Shown: piece by piece, positions 8,846-19,143 of the stretch
Numbering within the stretch: the first letter of the stretch is position 1
How the letters are laid out: each line of letters opens with the position of its first letter
DNA from: a virus
IMG/VR virus record: IMGVR_UViG_3300038441_000458
Coordinates: 4,199 to 68,198 of that record
Reading direction: 5' to 3' (one strand)
DNA: 64,000 nt
The notes under the pieces: model-generated
Seen by the model: only the letters and a program-made list of their open reading frames with translations
Databases searched by the model: none
Told to the model about the DNA's origin: nothing
Made by a program: the position numbers and the translations under genes

Positions 8846-9759
8846 GCCTGAAACTGCTGGACGTGATCGCAGACCTGACCGGCGAGAACCGGACCGTGAC
8901 GTTCCCGCGCACCTACGTGGAGTGGCTGGAAGGCGACTACGTTGCGGCCGTGGTCCTGAACGAAGTCGTGTGGTGGACGAACTGGTCCCACCAGAACGGC
9001 AAGGACGGGTGGTTCTACCGCACCGAAGGCGAGTGGGTGGAGCGCACCAGGCTGACCAGGAAGCAGGTGGTCCGGGCGATCACGACGATCAACGACCGGG
9101 CAGGTAGGGCCCTGATCGAGCGCATGACGAAGCGCGCTGAGGGGAGCCCAACCATGCACTTCCGGCTGGACGACCGGGCGTTCGCCGACCTTGTCAAGGG
9201 CGAATGGAAACTGCCCAAAGGGCAAAATAGAAACGTCCCAAAGGGAACAATCCAAACAGCCGAAACGGCAAGTTCCTTAACAGATAAGACAACAGATAAG
9301 ACAACAGAGACCGGTCCTACGGACGGCGTAAACGCCGCACCTTCTCCTTCCGTTCCGGAATCGGCTCAACCCATCCCACCTGTCCGGCGCGGCGCACCGC
9401 TGCCGAACGGCCGCGAGCCAGGCCATGTCTACGCGCTGGTGGACGCCTACGCAGCGGCGAAGGGCATGAAGGCGAGCGACATTGCCGACCGCCAGCGACG
9501 CGAGGCGTTCAACGCATTCAAGAGCCTGCCCGCGTGGGTGGGACCAGAGGAGGTACGCGGGTGCGTCTCCTACCTGCGAACCGATCCATGGTGGCGCGAG
9601 CCAGGACGGCTGACCACGAAGAAACTGGTGGAGACGATAGGCGACTGGAACGCGAGCGGCAGACCGCAGGCGATAGCACCGAAACCGGGCAAGGAAGGGA
9701 GGCTCGACCTCGGGCAGATTCTCAACCAGGTGGCGGAGTACGAGAGGAGAGGCGAATGA
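8842..9759 (+). CDS. Replication initiator (replisome organiser, wHTH)
   Basis: DGWFYRTEGEW...LTRKQVVRA; position before loader and DnaB; internal repeats. Confidence 0.75.
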   Translation: MSLKLLDVIADLTGENRTVTFPRTYVEWLEGDYVAAVVLNEVVWWTNWSHQNGKDGWFYRTEGEWVERTRLTRKQVVRAITTINDRAGRALIERMTKRAEGSPTMHFRLDDRAFADLVKGEWKLPKGQNRNVPKGTIQTAETASSLTDKTTDKTTETGPTDGVNAAPSPSVPESAQPIPPVRRGAPLPNGREPGHVYALVDAYAAAKGMKASDIADRQRREAFNAFKSLPAWVGPEEVRGCVSYLRTDPWWREPGRLTTKKLVETIGDWNASGRPQAIAPKPGKEGRLDLGQILNQVAEYERRGE

Positions 9760-9962
9760 AACCCGTTGCGTTCACGACGGAGACGATGGCGGTCATGTCG
9801 CACGACACCGGGAACCAGATCGGGAAGGCGATTGCAGACGGCGTGGCTGACGGCATGGAGCCGAAGACACCACCGATGAACCGGCACGAACGGCGCAAGC
9901 ACGAAAAGCTCGAGCGTCAGCGGGCGAAGCGCGAGCAGACGAAGGGCACGAAGGATGAATAA
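9756..9962 (+). CDS. Hypothetical protein
   Basis: GAGGAGAGG RBS; MNRHERR motif. Confidence 0.55.
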   Translation: MKPVAFTTETMAVMSHDTGNQIGKAIADGVADGMEPKTPPMNRHERRKHEKLERQRAKREQTKGTKDE

Positions 9963-10512
9963 GGCAGAGACCGGAAAGATCATCGCGATCCTGGTTGGCG
10001 CAGGAGGACGGTCGGACGTCACGGAAATGACGATCCCCGTCTGGCAGCAGGCGTTGGTTGACCTGCCCTACCACCTGGTCGAGCAGGCGGCGATGGAGTG
10101 GACCAGAGACCGGAAGTACTGGCCCTACCCGGCAGAGTTGCGGGAGATAGTGGCCCGGAACCTGATCGGCCTGCCAGCGGATGCAGGCGAGGCGTGGGAG
10201 CGCATTCTGACGATGTTGCGGGAGCGGCGCGGCACGACCGCGTTGGACCCGGCGACGAAGGTGGCACTCGACCGGATCGGCGGCTACGCAGCGGTCCACC
10301 AGGCTGATGACCTGACGTGGTTGCGGAAGGAGTTCAGCCAGACGTTCGCAACGGCGAAGATCATGGCGTCGCAGCCGGAGGCGCTGGCGGAACACGCGAG
10401 GAGCCTCGGCATCGAGTGGGACATGCAGTTGACCACGCTCGGGAACGGCAAGATGAAGATGGTCGGCACCATGACGACCCGCGACCAGCGCGAGAAGGGC
10501 AAGAACCAATGA
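9955..10512 (+). CDS. Helicase loader/inhibitor (G39P-like)
   Basis: W...L.DLPY..VEQA...W.YPAELR...AGEAW; lies between initiator and DnaB. Confidence 0.7.
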   Translation: MNKAETGKIIAILVGAGGRSDVTEMTIPVWQQALVDLPYHLVEQAAMEWTRDRKYWPYPAELREIVARNLIGLPADAGEAWERILTMLRERRGTTALDPATKVALDRIGGYAAVHQADDLTWLRKEFSQTFATAKIMASQPEALAEHARSLGIEWDMQLTTLGNGKMKMVGTMTTRDQREKGKNQ

Positions 10513-11921
10513 CCAGGACAGCCGACCCGGTTGACGCGTTCAGCAGCGTCGAGACAGAGAACATGCTGATCGGCGCACTCCTATTCGACCGCGACGCGAT
10601 TGTGACTGTCGTGGACACGTTGACACCGGAGGACTTCACCTCACCAGGAGCGCGAGCAGCCTACGAGGCGGCGCTGCGATTGTGGAACCGGCCGCAGAAG
10701 GAAGCGCCAGACATTCTCAGCATCTCCGAGGAGTTGCGCGCAGCCGGGAAGGACTACCCCGACATTGACACGCTCATGTCGTGGATGACCGGACTGAACG
10801 GCGTCGGCTACGCGATCCACGCACCCTTCTACGCAGCCCGCATCGCCCGGTTGGCAAAGCGTCGACGGTTCGTCTCGGCGATGGGCGAGCAGATCATGGC
10901 GATGCACCAGGACCCTGACCTCGACCCGATGGACGCGCTCGGGAAGGTTGCCGAACAGATCGCAGGCGACCAGGTGGGCACGACCGATGGACCGCGATCA
11001 TTCGCCGACCTTGTCCCGGAGACCGTGCAGCGGATCGAGGACGAACGGCACGGACTGATCGAGCGGCTGGTGACACCGCTCGGGTTCCATGAGATTGACG
11101 ACATTCTGGGAGGAGGACTATCGGCGCAGGACCTGTGCATTCTGGCGGCACGGAGCAGCATGGGGAAGACGGCGCTGGCGTCAGCCATGATGTACCACGC
11201 AGCGGAGACCGGGAACGTCCTGATGTTCTCGCTGGAAATGGGGGCGGATGCCGTCGTCCGGCGCACCATCGGCCGCGAAGGCGGCGTGTCCATGACGACG
11301 ATCAAGCAAGGCACGCTGAGCCCGGAGGAGTTCGATCGGTTCATGGTTGCCAGCGAGGAGGCGAGCCGAAAGACGATCTGGATCGACGACACGCCAGGAC
11401 TGACCACGGAGCGGATGATTGCGCGAGCGCAGCGGTTGAAGGCGGCAGGGAAGTTGAGCCTTGTCGTGATCGACTACATGGAGTTGATCGGCGACGGCAA
11501 CAACAGCGACCGGGAGGTGAACCAGCAGGCGAGAATCAGCAAGATCGTGGGACAACTGAAGTTCATGGCGAGGATTTGCAACGTGCCAGTGATCGTCCTC
11601 TGCCAGGTGAGCAGGGATGTTGACTTGCGCCAGGACAAGATGCCGACCCTTGCGCACCTGCGGTGGAGCGCGATGATCGAGCAGACCGCAGACGAAGTGT
11701 TCTTCCTGACGGCGCACGACCGCTACGTGGACCTCGGCATGGAGGAGCCAGACGAAGCGAAACGCGGCGTGGTGGACGTGTTGCTGGCGAAGCACCGTAA
11801 TGGGAAGATCGGGCGCTTCGAACTTTACGTAGACGCCGAAACCATGAAGTACCAGAGCGCGAGACCGGCCCAACAGTGGACCGGCAAGGCATACGACGGG
11901 TTCACTGACGACCCGTTCTAG
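10509..11921 (+). CDS. dnaB: DnaB-like replicative helicase
   Basis: AARSSMGKT Walker A, FSLEM, VIDYMEL, IEQTAD, AKHRNG. Confidence 0.95.
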   Translation: MTRTADPVDAFSSVETENMLIGALLFDRDAIVTVVDTLTPEDFTSPGARAAYEAALRLWNRPQKEAPDILSISEELRAAGKDYPDIDTLMSWMTGLNGVGYAIHAPFYAARIARLAKRRRFVSAMGEQIMAMHQDPDLDPMDALGKVAEQIAGDQVGTTDGPRSFADLVPETVQRIEDERHGLIERLVTPLGFHEIDDILGGGLSAQDLCILAARSSMGKTALASAMMYHAAETGNVLMFSLEMGADAVVRRTIGREGGVSMTTIKQGTLSPEEFDRFMVASEEASRKTIWIDDTPGLTTERMIARAQRLKAAGKLSLVVIDYMELIGDGNNSDREVNQQARISKIVGQLKFMARICNVPVIVLCQVSRDVDLRQDKMPTLAHLRWSAMIEQTADEVFFLTAHDRYVDLGMEEPDEAKRGVVDVLLAKHRNGKIGRFELYVDAETMKYQSARPAQQWTGKAYDGFTDDPF

Positions 11922-11930
11922 GAGCAGTAC

Positions 11931-12137
11931 ATGGACCAGCGACCAGACCTCAACATCAACATCGGCGGCAGCGGGAACATCGGACCAGCCCTCATCTTCA
12001 GCGGATCGCTGATGATCACGACCGCGTTCGTTCTGGGTGCGGTGTTCGAGACCAGCCCGCACTCGGTGGCGCTCTCGATCTTCGGGGTAATCCTGATCCT
12101 GAGCGGATTCGGGCAGGCGAGCGGAGGAACGAAATGA
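11931..12137 (+). CDS. Small membrane protein
   Basis: Two hydrophobic helices, AGGAG RBS. Confidence 0.6.
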   Translation: MDQRPDLNINIGGSGNIGPALIFSGSLMITTAFVLGAVFETSPHSVALSIFGVILILSGFGQASGGTK

Positions 12138-12445
12138 GCAACAGTTGGAAGGGACCATTCAGGGACAAGTATCACCAGACGCCAGCGGAGCGCCAGGCGG
12201 AGAAGGACGAAGCAGCCCGCGTCGAGCGGATCAGGAAGGAGGACCGCGAGAACCAGTTGACGCCAGGGAGCGACGAACACCTGCGGAACGTTCAGCAGCG
12301 AAACATCAGGATCGTGAGCCAGGTGATCTACGACGCGGCGCACAAAGGAAACTTCGACCTCGAGACTGAAGTCGAAGCGTTGCTCGGGATGGTGCGAACA
12401 CACAAGCGGATCGAGCAGCGCATCGCCGGGAAGGACCAGGCATGA
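12134..12445 (+). CDS. Hypothetical protein
   Basis: Translationally coupled ORF. Confidence 0.6.
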   Translation: MSNSWKGPFRDKYHQTPAERQAEKDEAARVERIRKEDRENQLTPGSDEHLRNVQQRNIRIVSQVIYDAAHKGNFDLETEVEALLGMVRTHKRIEQRIAGKDQA

Positions 12446-13284
12446 AGGCATGGATGGTGACGTCGGACGGCGACGAAGGCGCAGACGTTGTCCACGCAGA
12501 GACCAGAGGACAGGCGAAGCAGAAGACCAGCCTGAACGGCGACTACCTCGACTTCCACGCGACGCGCTACCCGGAGTTCGACAACCGCGAGGCGACGCAA
12601 TGGGCGCTGTTGCAGGAAGGGTGGAACTCCTTCTGCCATGGATGCAGCCAGGAAATCGGCTACGGCGGCTGGTGGTACGACGAAGACGGCGAGGAGCACG
12701 AAGCGGTGAAAGGACCACGCGAGACGGTGTACTGCTCGGAGGAGTGCATCGCCGACACGGAGCGACGCCAGCAGCATTCGTGCACGATCAGCTACCGTCC
12801 GGTGCTCGACCCGGCGACGCTGGAAATGACCATGATCGTCTACCCGCTGGCCGGAGCAGACCAGGAGGAGTGGGAGAAGGTGTGGTCGTTGATCCCGCTG
12901 AACGAACACGGATTCAACCAGTTGCGGATTCGACGCGGCGAAGGAACGCGGGTGGTTCACGTCAACGACCAGATCGAGGACGCGGTGTACATCGGTCGGC
13001 CGATGCCGAGGCGGAAGATACGCGCGAGCCCGTTCGCCAATCCGTTCAAGATCGAGCCCGGAACGACCAGGAGCCAGGCGATCAAGCAGTACCGCGAGCG
13101 GATCATGGGACAGCCGTACTTGATGCACCGATTGCCGGAGTTGCGCGGGAAGGCGCTGGCCTGCTGGTGTCGGCACGACGGCGAAGCGTGGACCAGGGAG
13201 AACTCCTGTCACGGAGACGTGCTCCACCACTTACTGACGGTCCTTACAGACCAGCAGTTGCAGGCATGGGGAGAAGCGGAATAG
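12442..13284 (+). CDS. DUF4326-domain protein with N-terminal Zn-binding region
   Basis: VYIGR...SPFANPF...LRGKALACWC...CHGDVL. Confidence 0.75.
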   Translation: MKAWMVTSDGDEGADVVHAETRGQAKQKTSLNGDYLDFHATRYPEFDNREATQWALLQEGWNSFCHGCSQEIGYGGWWYDEDGEEHEAVKGPRETVYCSEECIADTERRQQHSCTISYRPVLDPATLEMTMIVYPLAGADQEEWEKVWSLIPLNEHGFNQLRIRRGEGTRVVHVNDQIEDAVYIGRPMPRRKIRASPFANPFKIEPGTTRSQAIKQYRERIMGQPYLMHRLPELRGKALACWCRHDGEAWTRENSCHGDVLHHLLTVLTDQQLQAWGEAE

Positions 13285-13661
13285 TGAGGTACGACGGCAT
13301 CCCAGGGAACATACGGAACGACCAGACCACGGAGGCGGAGTGGCAGGCGTCGATTGTGGAAATGGCGACGGCGCTCGGGTGGCTGACCTATCACACGCAC
13401 GACAGCCGGAGGAGCGACAAAGGCTACCCGGACCTGACGTGCAGCCACCCGTTGCACGGCGTGGTCTGGTTTGAGTGCAAGCGCCAGGCGAAACCAAAGA
13501 TCACCCGCGAGCAGCGCGACTGGATTCGGACGTTGCAGCAGAGCGGGAACCTTGCCGCGATTGTTCGACCGTCTGACGCAGATTGGGTCGAGTCGGTGTT
13601 GCGCGGCACCGAACGGTACGAGCCCATACCTCACAAGTTCATCGTCCCGGAGGATCAATAA
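13284..13661 (+). CDS. VRR-NUC nuclease
   Basis: YHTHDSRRSDKGYPDL...FECK...EQRDW. Confidence 0.85.
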   Translation: MRYDGIPGNIRNDQTTEAEWQASIVEMATALGWLTYHTHDSRRSDKGYPDLTCSHPLHGVVWFECKRQAKPKITREQRDWIRTLQQSGNLAAIVRPSDADWVESVLRGTERYEPIPHKFIVPEDQ

Positions 13662-13675
13662 AACCCGTTCTTGAA

Positions 13676-13771
13676 AACACTTGACAACGGGATAGACAGG
13701 CCCCATGATTCATCTATCAGGCAGAGGCGACCGGATGGACCGGGAGCCAACAGCCGGAAGGGCAAACTCCA
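13676..13771 (+). promoter_or_regulatory. Repeated promoter-leader cassette 3
   Basis: TTGACA-N17-CATGAT, ccgg-ATGGA-ccgg, GAAGGGCAA. Confidence 0.85.
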
Positions 13772-14014
13772 ATGACCGCACGCATGATCCCATCCGTCAC
13801 CCGCAACTATCGCACCGGCGTCTGGGTCGGTCAGGTTACTGATTCGGTGACCGGCAAGGTGGTGCTGACCACGCACTACCCGACCCGCGAGCGGTGCTGG
13901 ATCGCCGCTGATGTTGCCGCCGAATGCGCGAACGAATCCGCTGACCCGGCAGACTTCATCACCTCACTGGTCGAGGGGGCGGAGCGAGACCAGTACGACG
14001 TCTCCCCGGAGTAG
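13772..14014 (+). CDS. Hypothetical protein (cassette gene)
   Basis: ORF behind the cassette leader. Confidence 0.75.
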   Translation: MTARMIPSVTRNYRTGVWVGQVTDSVTGKVVLTTHYPTRERCWIAADVAAECANESADPADFITSLVEGAERDQYDVSPE

Positions 14015-14025
14015 GGAAGCACGAA

Positions 14026-14047
14026 GGGAGCCCGGAAACGGGCTCCC
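14026..14047 (+). repeat. Internal hairpin repeat
   Basis: GGGAGCCCG-GAAA-CGGGCTCCC. Confidence 0.8.
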
Positions 14048-14067
14048 AACAGGAAGGAACACAGGAC

Positions 14068-14478
14068 ATGGACACGAACCAGGGAATCGACCACAGCATC
14101 CCCATCGGGACACCGGCGACCATCATCGGCGGCGACGGAACGCTCATGGCGGCGACCGTCACGAACGACATTGTGAACGCACGCGGCTATCGCCAGATCA
14201 CCATCCAGTTGTGCCAGGCGACCTTCGTCGGTGTGACACCAGAAGGCGTCCAGGCGTGGGACATTCAGCCGAACACGAACGAATACATCTTCACCCTGCA
14301 CTTCCGGCCGTGGCGACAATCGGACTCGCTGACGGCGCAGGAGAGCGGCAACCCGGAGGAGGCGCACTGGCGAACGCTCGACGGATTCCCGGTCCACTTC
14401 GGAACGGCCGTCGAATACAACCCGGACTTCAGCGGCCGTGCTTCCAACCAGGAGCCAGCAGAGGCGACCGCCAAATGA
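14068..14478 (+). CDS. Hypothetical protein
   Basis: ORF after hairpin, AGGA RBS. Confidence 0.7.
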   Translation: MDTNQGIDHSIPIGTPATIIGGDGTLMAATVTNDIVNARGYRQITIQLCQATFVGVTPEGVQAWDIQPNTNEYIFTLHFRPWRQSDSLTAQESGNPEEAHWRTLDGFPVHFGTAVEYNPDFSGRASNQEPAEATAK

Positions 14479-14810
14479 TGAAGGGCAAGAAGAAGGGCAC
14501 TGGCCCGCTGAGTCGGGGCATCACGAATCCGACCACCATCGAGGAGGCAATCGCTGCGGTCGAGAACCGCAAGCACGACCGGATATCCAGCACGGAACTG
14601 AAGCGCCAGGCGAAGGCGATCAAGCAGAGAGGAGACCAGGTTATCGAGGACGGGCGCGAGTTGATGCGCCAGCGAGACGACATTCCCACGGACGCCTACG
14701 TTCGCATGTCGAGCGAACTGCACCGCGCGAGCAGCGCGTTGCGACGGTTCGCGGAGACCATGGCGAAGACAGACTTCGCCCTCGGAGAGGAGCCAGACGA
14801 CGATGAATAA
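14475..14810 (+). CDS. Hypothetical protein
   Basis: Coupled ORF. Confidence 0.6.
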   Translation: MMKGKKKGTGPLSRGITNPTTIEEAIAAVENRKHDRISSTELKRQAKAIKQRGDQVIEDGRELMRQRDDIPTDAYVRMSSELHRASSALRRFAETMAKTDFALGEEPDDDE

Positions 14811-15033
14811 GGTCGAAGTCAAGATCAAGGCGCTGAACGGCGCGCATAAGGCGACCGCGACCTACACCGGCGAGGACGGCCGCAAGCTGGCATCCACCCG
14901 GAAAGCGGAGACCGCACGCAAGGCGTACGGCACCGCGAAGCACGACGTGCTCGACGCGCTCGAAGCACTCGGCTGGGACCAGGCGTACGTCGATTCGAGC
15001 CGGATGCTGCTGGCACCGCGAGACCAGTTATGA
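14803..15033 (+). CDS. Hypothetical protein
   Basis: Coupled ORF. Confidence 0.6.
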   Translation: MNKVEVKIKALNGAHKATATYTGEDGRKLASTRKAETARKAYGTAKHDVLDALEALGWDQAYVDSSRMLLAPRDQL

Positions 15034-15263
15034 GCGACTACCTGAACACGGAGAACGTGCTGATCGTGGCCGTCGTGTTCCTGATCGTGAGCCTCCTGTT
15101 TCCCGACAGCCGCCAGGAGTTGCGGAACCTGACGCGGGAAATGGCCGGCATCAGGAATGAGTTGCGGATACTGAACAGCCACCAGCGCGCGGCAGCGGAG
15201 CGGAGACGCAAGCGGGAAGACCAGCCACCAGGCGAGTTCCCGGACAACGAAGCGGATTACTAG
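15030..15263 (+). CDS. Small membrane-anchored protein
   Basis: N-terminal TM helix plus coiled coil. Confidence 0.6.
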   Translation: MSDYLNTENVLIVAVVFLIVSLLFPDSRQELRNLTREMAGIRNELRILNSHQRAAAERRRKREDQPPGEFPDNEADY

Positions 15264-15305
15264 CCACCATCCCGGAAACGGGAGCAACCAGACAAGGAAC
15301 ACACC

Positions 15306-15824
15306 ATGACCCGAATCATCACCAGCATCATCGCCCTCCTGATCGCCCTTGCCGTGGTGACCCCGGCCGCAGCGCAGATCGGAGGACCGGAGTCAGCCGA
15401 CTGGCCGACCATCTCCTACGCGAACACCAGGAGCGGGCAACAGATCGTCGTGTCGGAATACGCGCACCCGAATACCACCGCAGCGAACCTCAGCCTTGCC
15501 GTGATGGACGGCGCAATGGTGCAGGAGAGTTCGGACGGGTTCGCGACCATCACCGAAGAAATGATGCTCAACAGCGGAGCGCGAGCAGACCTTGGCGTGG
15601 ACGACGGGCGGATGATGTTCTTCGTCACGAACGACACGTACACACCAGGCGTAATCCTGATCCTTCAGGACCAGGCGACCCTCTACATCATCTTCTTCGT
15701 TGGAGACGGGAGCACCGGCGACGCCGAAACCTTCGTGGAGTACGCGGCAGACGTGGTCCGTTACGGCGTGGAGACACCACCGCCAGCCGGGTTCGTCCAG
15801 ACCGGGAGCCGGAACCTCGACTAG
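15306..15824 (+). CDS. Secreted protein (Sec signal peptide)
   Basis: MTRIITSIIALLIALAVVTPAAA|Q. Confidence 0.7.
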   Translation: MTRIITSIIALLIALAVVTPAAAQIGGPESADWPTISYANTRSGQQIVVSEYAHPNTTAANLSLAVMDGAMVQESSDGFATITEEMMLNSGARADLGVDDGRMMFFVTNDTYTPGVILILQDQATLYIIFFVGDGSTGDAETFVEYAADVVRYGVETPPPAGFVQTGSRNLD

Positions 15825-15863
15825 CACCAGGACGCGAGCGACACGACCAGCGAGGAGCGATCA

Positions 15864-16325
15864 ATGACCAACACGGAGCCGACACAACTGGTGCTGCTGG
15901 AAGACGATAACGGCAAGGCGAAGCTGACCCTGCGGCAAACGAACCGCAACGGCACCGTCGATGAGGCGGTGTTCAGCGGATACCTCGGGTCGATTGACCA
16001 GCACATTCAGACCAGGGACAACACGGACGGCACGAAGGACGGCGTGATCGATCTGGCGATCACCTTCCTCGGACTTCACCGGGTCGAGCCGGAGCCGGAG
16101 CCAGAGCCAGAGCCGCAGGGTCCGTCGGTGTGGACCATCGGCGACCGGGTGCGAGTGCAGGACGAACGGTTCCCGGATTACCACGGCATCCCAGGGAAGA
16201 TCAAGAACGTGATCGAGCGAGCCGATAACGTCTTCGCCTACACCGTCGAGTTCGAGTACACGACAGAGGACACGGCGCAAACGTGCTGCTTCCTCGGCTC
16301 GGAACTGAAGGGAGAAGGGTCGTGA
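15864..16325 (+). CDS. Hypothetical protein with C-terminal SH3/KOW-like domain
   Basis: EPEPEP linker then IGDRVRV...G.I..V. Confidence 0.6.
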   Translation: MTNTEPTQLVLLEDDNGKAKLTLRQTNRNGTVDEAVFSGYLGSIDQHIQTRDNTDGTKDGVIDLAITFLGLHRVEPEPEPEPEPQGPSVWTIGDRVRVQDERFPDYHGIPGKIKNVIERADNVFAYTVEFEYTTEDTAQTCCFLGSELKGEGS

Positions 16326-17914
16326 GCGAGCGAAGCGCGATCCACCTTCGCCCCTACCAGGAGGATTGCCTGAAGGCGATCACGACCGCATTCATCGGTG
16401 GCAAGCAGCGCGTGCTTGCCACCATGCCAACCGGAGGCGGGAAGACCATCGTATTCGCCAACCTGATCGACCGGATGAAGACCGGACGCGCACTGGTGCT
16501 GGCGCACCGCGACGAACTGATCCACCAGACGGTCCAGAAGATCAAGATGGTGACACCGGATGCAGACGTTGGCGTGGTGAAGGCGAGCGAGAACCAGTAC
16601 TGGACCAGGATCGTCGTCGCCAGCGTGCAGACGGTCCAGCGCGAGGCGCGACTGAGCCAACTCGGGCAATTCGACCTGATCGTGGTGGACGAAGCGCACC
16701 ATGCCGCAGCAGAGACGTGGACCGAAATACTGGTCCAACTCGGCGCGTTCCGGGACGGAGGACCGATGGTCTGCGGATTCACCGCGACGCCAGACCGGGC
16801 AGACAAGGTCGGTCTGGACGTGGTGTTCGAGGAAATCGTCTTCGAAATGCCGACCCTCGACCTGATTCGCCAGAACTACCTGTGCGACATTGTGCCGTTG
16901 CAGGTGAAGGTTGAGGGCATGGACCTGAGCCGCGTCAAAAAGGTGGCCGGAGACTTCGCGGCGAACGCGAGCGGCAAGGCGTTGCTCGACGCAGACGCAC
17001 CAGGCTACGTGGCGCGAGCCCTTCAGGAGTACGCGCCAGGGAGGAGGAGCATCGTCTTCACGCCGACCGTTGCCACCGCAGCGGCCATGGCAGAAGCGAT
17101 CAACGCAGCCGGGATACCAGCGGCATCGCTCGATGCGAAGACGAAGACGGAGGACCGGCGACGCATCATTGCTGACCTGCACAGCGGGAAGATTATGAGC
17201 GTTGCCAATTGCGCGGTGCTGACGGAAGGCACGGACATTCCCCCGGTCGATTGCATCGTGATCGCCAGGCCTACCATGAGCCGGAGCCTGTACCAGCAGA
17301 TGGTAGGCAGAGGACTCCGGCCCTACCCCGGTAAGGAAGATTGCGTTGTGCTGGACATGGTGGGCGTGACCGGGAGGCATAAGCTCCAGACGGCCGCGAC
17401 CCTGTTCGGGATCAGACCGCAATTCCTGAAAAAAGGCGAAGGCATCCTTCAGGCGGCAACGGAACAGGCGCGCCAGGAGGCGATTGCGGCAGAGGCGACC
17501 GGGAAGCTGGTGGCCGTTGGCGTCATGGCATTCGAGGGAGCGCGAGCGCATTGGGTGGCGAGCGGCACCGGGAAGTTCCTGCTGAGCACCGGCGACGGCA
17601 TGATTATGTTGCAGCCCTCGGAAGACGACGCGGCGTTCTGGGATGCTATCGAGCGACCATCGAACGGCTGGGAGCCACACAAGATCATCGCCAGGAAGCT
17701 ATCGCTGGAATACGCACAGGGCGTTGCAGAGGACCGCGCACGCGAAAAGGGAGCGGGAGCCCTTATCGACCCGAACGCTCCGTGGCGAGCCCGTGACGCG
17801 TCCGAGAAGCAGATTGCGTTGTTGCGGCGGCTGAACGTTGACACGACACACATCATCACCGCAGGCCAGGCAAGCGACGCGATCAGCGCGGCGAAGGCGG
17901 GAAGGCACGCATGA
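16322..17914 (+). CDS. Superfamily 2 DEAH helicase
   Basis: LRPYQ, MPTGGGKT, VVDEAHH, GFTATP, LTEGTD, QMVGRGLR. Confidence 0.92.
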   Translation: MSERSAIHLRPYQEDCLKAITTAFIGGKQRVLATMPTGGGKTIVFANLIDRMKTGRALVLAHRDELIHQTVQKIKMVTPDADVGVVKASENQYWTRIVVASVQTVQREARLSQLGQFDLIVVDEAHHAAAETWTEILVQLGAFRDGGPMVCGFTATPDRADKVGLDVVFEEIVFEMPTLDLIRQNYLCDIVPLQVKVEGMDLSRVKKVAGDFAANASGKALLDADAPGYVARALQEYAPGRRSIVFTPTVATAAAMAEAINAAGIPAASLDAKTKTEDRRRIIADLHSGKIMSVANCAVLTEGTDIPPVDCIVIARPTMSRSLYQQMVGRGLRPYPGKEDCVVLDMVGVTGRHKLQTAATLFGIRPQFLKKGEGILQAATEQARQEAIAAEATGKLVAVGVMAFEGARAHWVASGTGKFLLSTGDGMIMLQPSEDDAAFWDAIERPSNGWEPHKIIARKLSLEYAQGVAEDRAREKGAGALIDPNAPWRARDASEKQIALLRRLNVDTTHIITAGQASDAISAAKAGRHA

Positions 17915-18465
17915 CCTACGATCCACACGACTACCTGAGCCAGGCTGACCGGCGAGCCCGCGAGCACCCAACGTTGGAGGAGATACGCCAGCGAGCGGCA
18001 GCGGCGACGCCAGGACCGTGGTATTGGGCAGGGAATACGGACATTCAGAGCCTGTTCCTTGCGACCAGGCTACCAGGAGCCGGACGCTGCACCATCATGG
18101 ACTTCGCCAGGTGGGGTATGCAGCGAGCGAGACCGCGATTCGCGCACCGCGAGCGCAGGAACAATGCCTACCAGGGCGGGCTGATGGAGAACGGCGACGC
18201 CGAAGTGATCTACGAAGTCGCACCGGAGGCGCAGGACCGCGACGATCCGCGCGTGTACCGGGGAGACGTGATCGGCATTCGCAACCCGGATGCGGCGTTC
18301 ATCGCGCACGCACGCCAGGACATAGCGTTCTTGCTATCGCTGGTCTGGGAGCAACAGGAGACCATCGAGCGATACCAGGCGGCACACGACCGGATGGTGG
18401 CACACGACGAATGGGTGCGGTCCGAGCATTTCGGACCGCCAGAGGAGGACCAGGACAATGGTTAA
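17911..18465 (+). CDS. Ead/Ea22-like protein
   Basis: AAATPGPW...DAAFIAHARQDI. Confidence 0.7.
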   Translation: MTYDPHDYLSQADRRAREHPTLEEIRQRAAAATPGPWYWAGNTDIQSLFLATRLPGAGRCTIMDFARWGMQRARPRFAHRERRNNAYQGGLMENGDAEVIYEVAPEAQDRDDPRVYRGDVIGIRNPDAAFIAHARQDIAFLLSLVWEQQETIERYQAAHDRMVAHDEWVRSEHFGPPEEDQDNG

Positions 18466-18901
18466 GGCATGGATTCTGACGGCAGAGGATAACGAGAGCG
18501 ACTACCTGTACACGCAGGCGGTGTTCACGGACACGGAGGAGCGCACCGGCGAGCACGCGGCGAAGGAAATGGCGGATGAGATACGGGCACGGTTCCCGGC
18601 GACCGTCGTGTACACCATCGCGTTCGAGCTCAACCCGGAACCACTCGAGCCCGCAGACGGGCGGCGCTGGTACGGCGTGGAGTTCGACCTGGACGGCGGT
18701 GCCGAAGCATCCATCCTGCACCTGAGCGACTGGGGCGATGAGGCGGTGTACGACGTGCGAATGTTACGCATCGCCAGGACCGGCGAGGACGGCGTCGGTT
18801 TGCCGTGGAGAGCAGACGTGGTGGTCTTCGCGACCAGCGCAGAGGAGGCGGTAGTAGCGGCACGGACCAGGTTGGAGGCGCGCGGTGAAGAAACATCTTG
18901 A
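18458..18901 (+). CDS. Hypothetical protein
   Basis: Coupled ORF with RBS. Confidence 0.6.
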   Translation: MVKAWILTAEDNESDYLYTQAVFTDTEERTGEHAAKEMADEIRARFPATVVYTIAFELNPEPLEPADGRRWYGVEFDLDGGAEASILHLSDWGDEAVYDVRMLRIARTGEDGVGLPWRADVVVFATSAEEAVVAARTRLEARGEETS

Positions 18902-19091
18902 CCGGACGCGGTACATCCATCACCGGGAGTACGCAGCCGGATACGACCACGGCGTTGAGGACGGGTTCGACCTTGGCTGGCTGGCGCACGAAGCGAGCAT
19001 TGCCGACCAGGCGAGACCGTCGTGGCTGGTGGCATCCATCATCCGGCGCGCGCACCTTGTCCTGACGTGGATCAGGCGAGAACTCCTATAG
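18885..19091 (+). CDS. Hypothetical protein
   Basis: GGAGG RBS, GTG start. Confidence 0.5.
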   Translation: MKKHLDRTRYIHHREYAAGYDHGVEDGFDLGWLAHEASIADQARPSWLVASIIRRAHLVLTWIRRELL

Positions 19092-19143
19092 CAAACACTT
19101 GACGAAGGCGGTACACTTGACAACAGAAACGGAGGACCCATGA

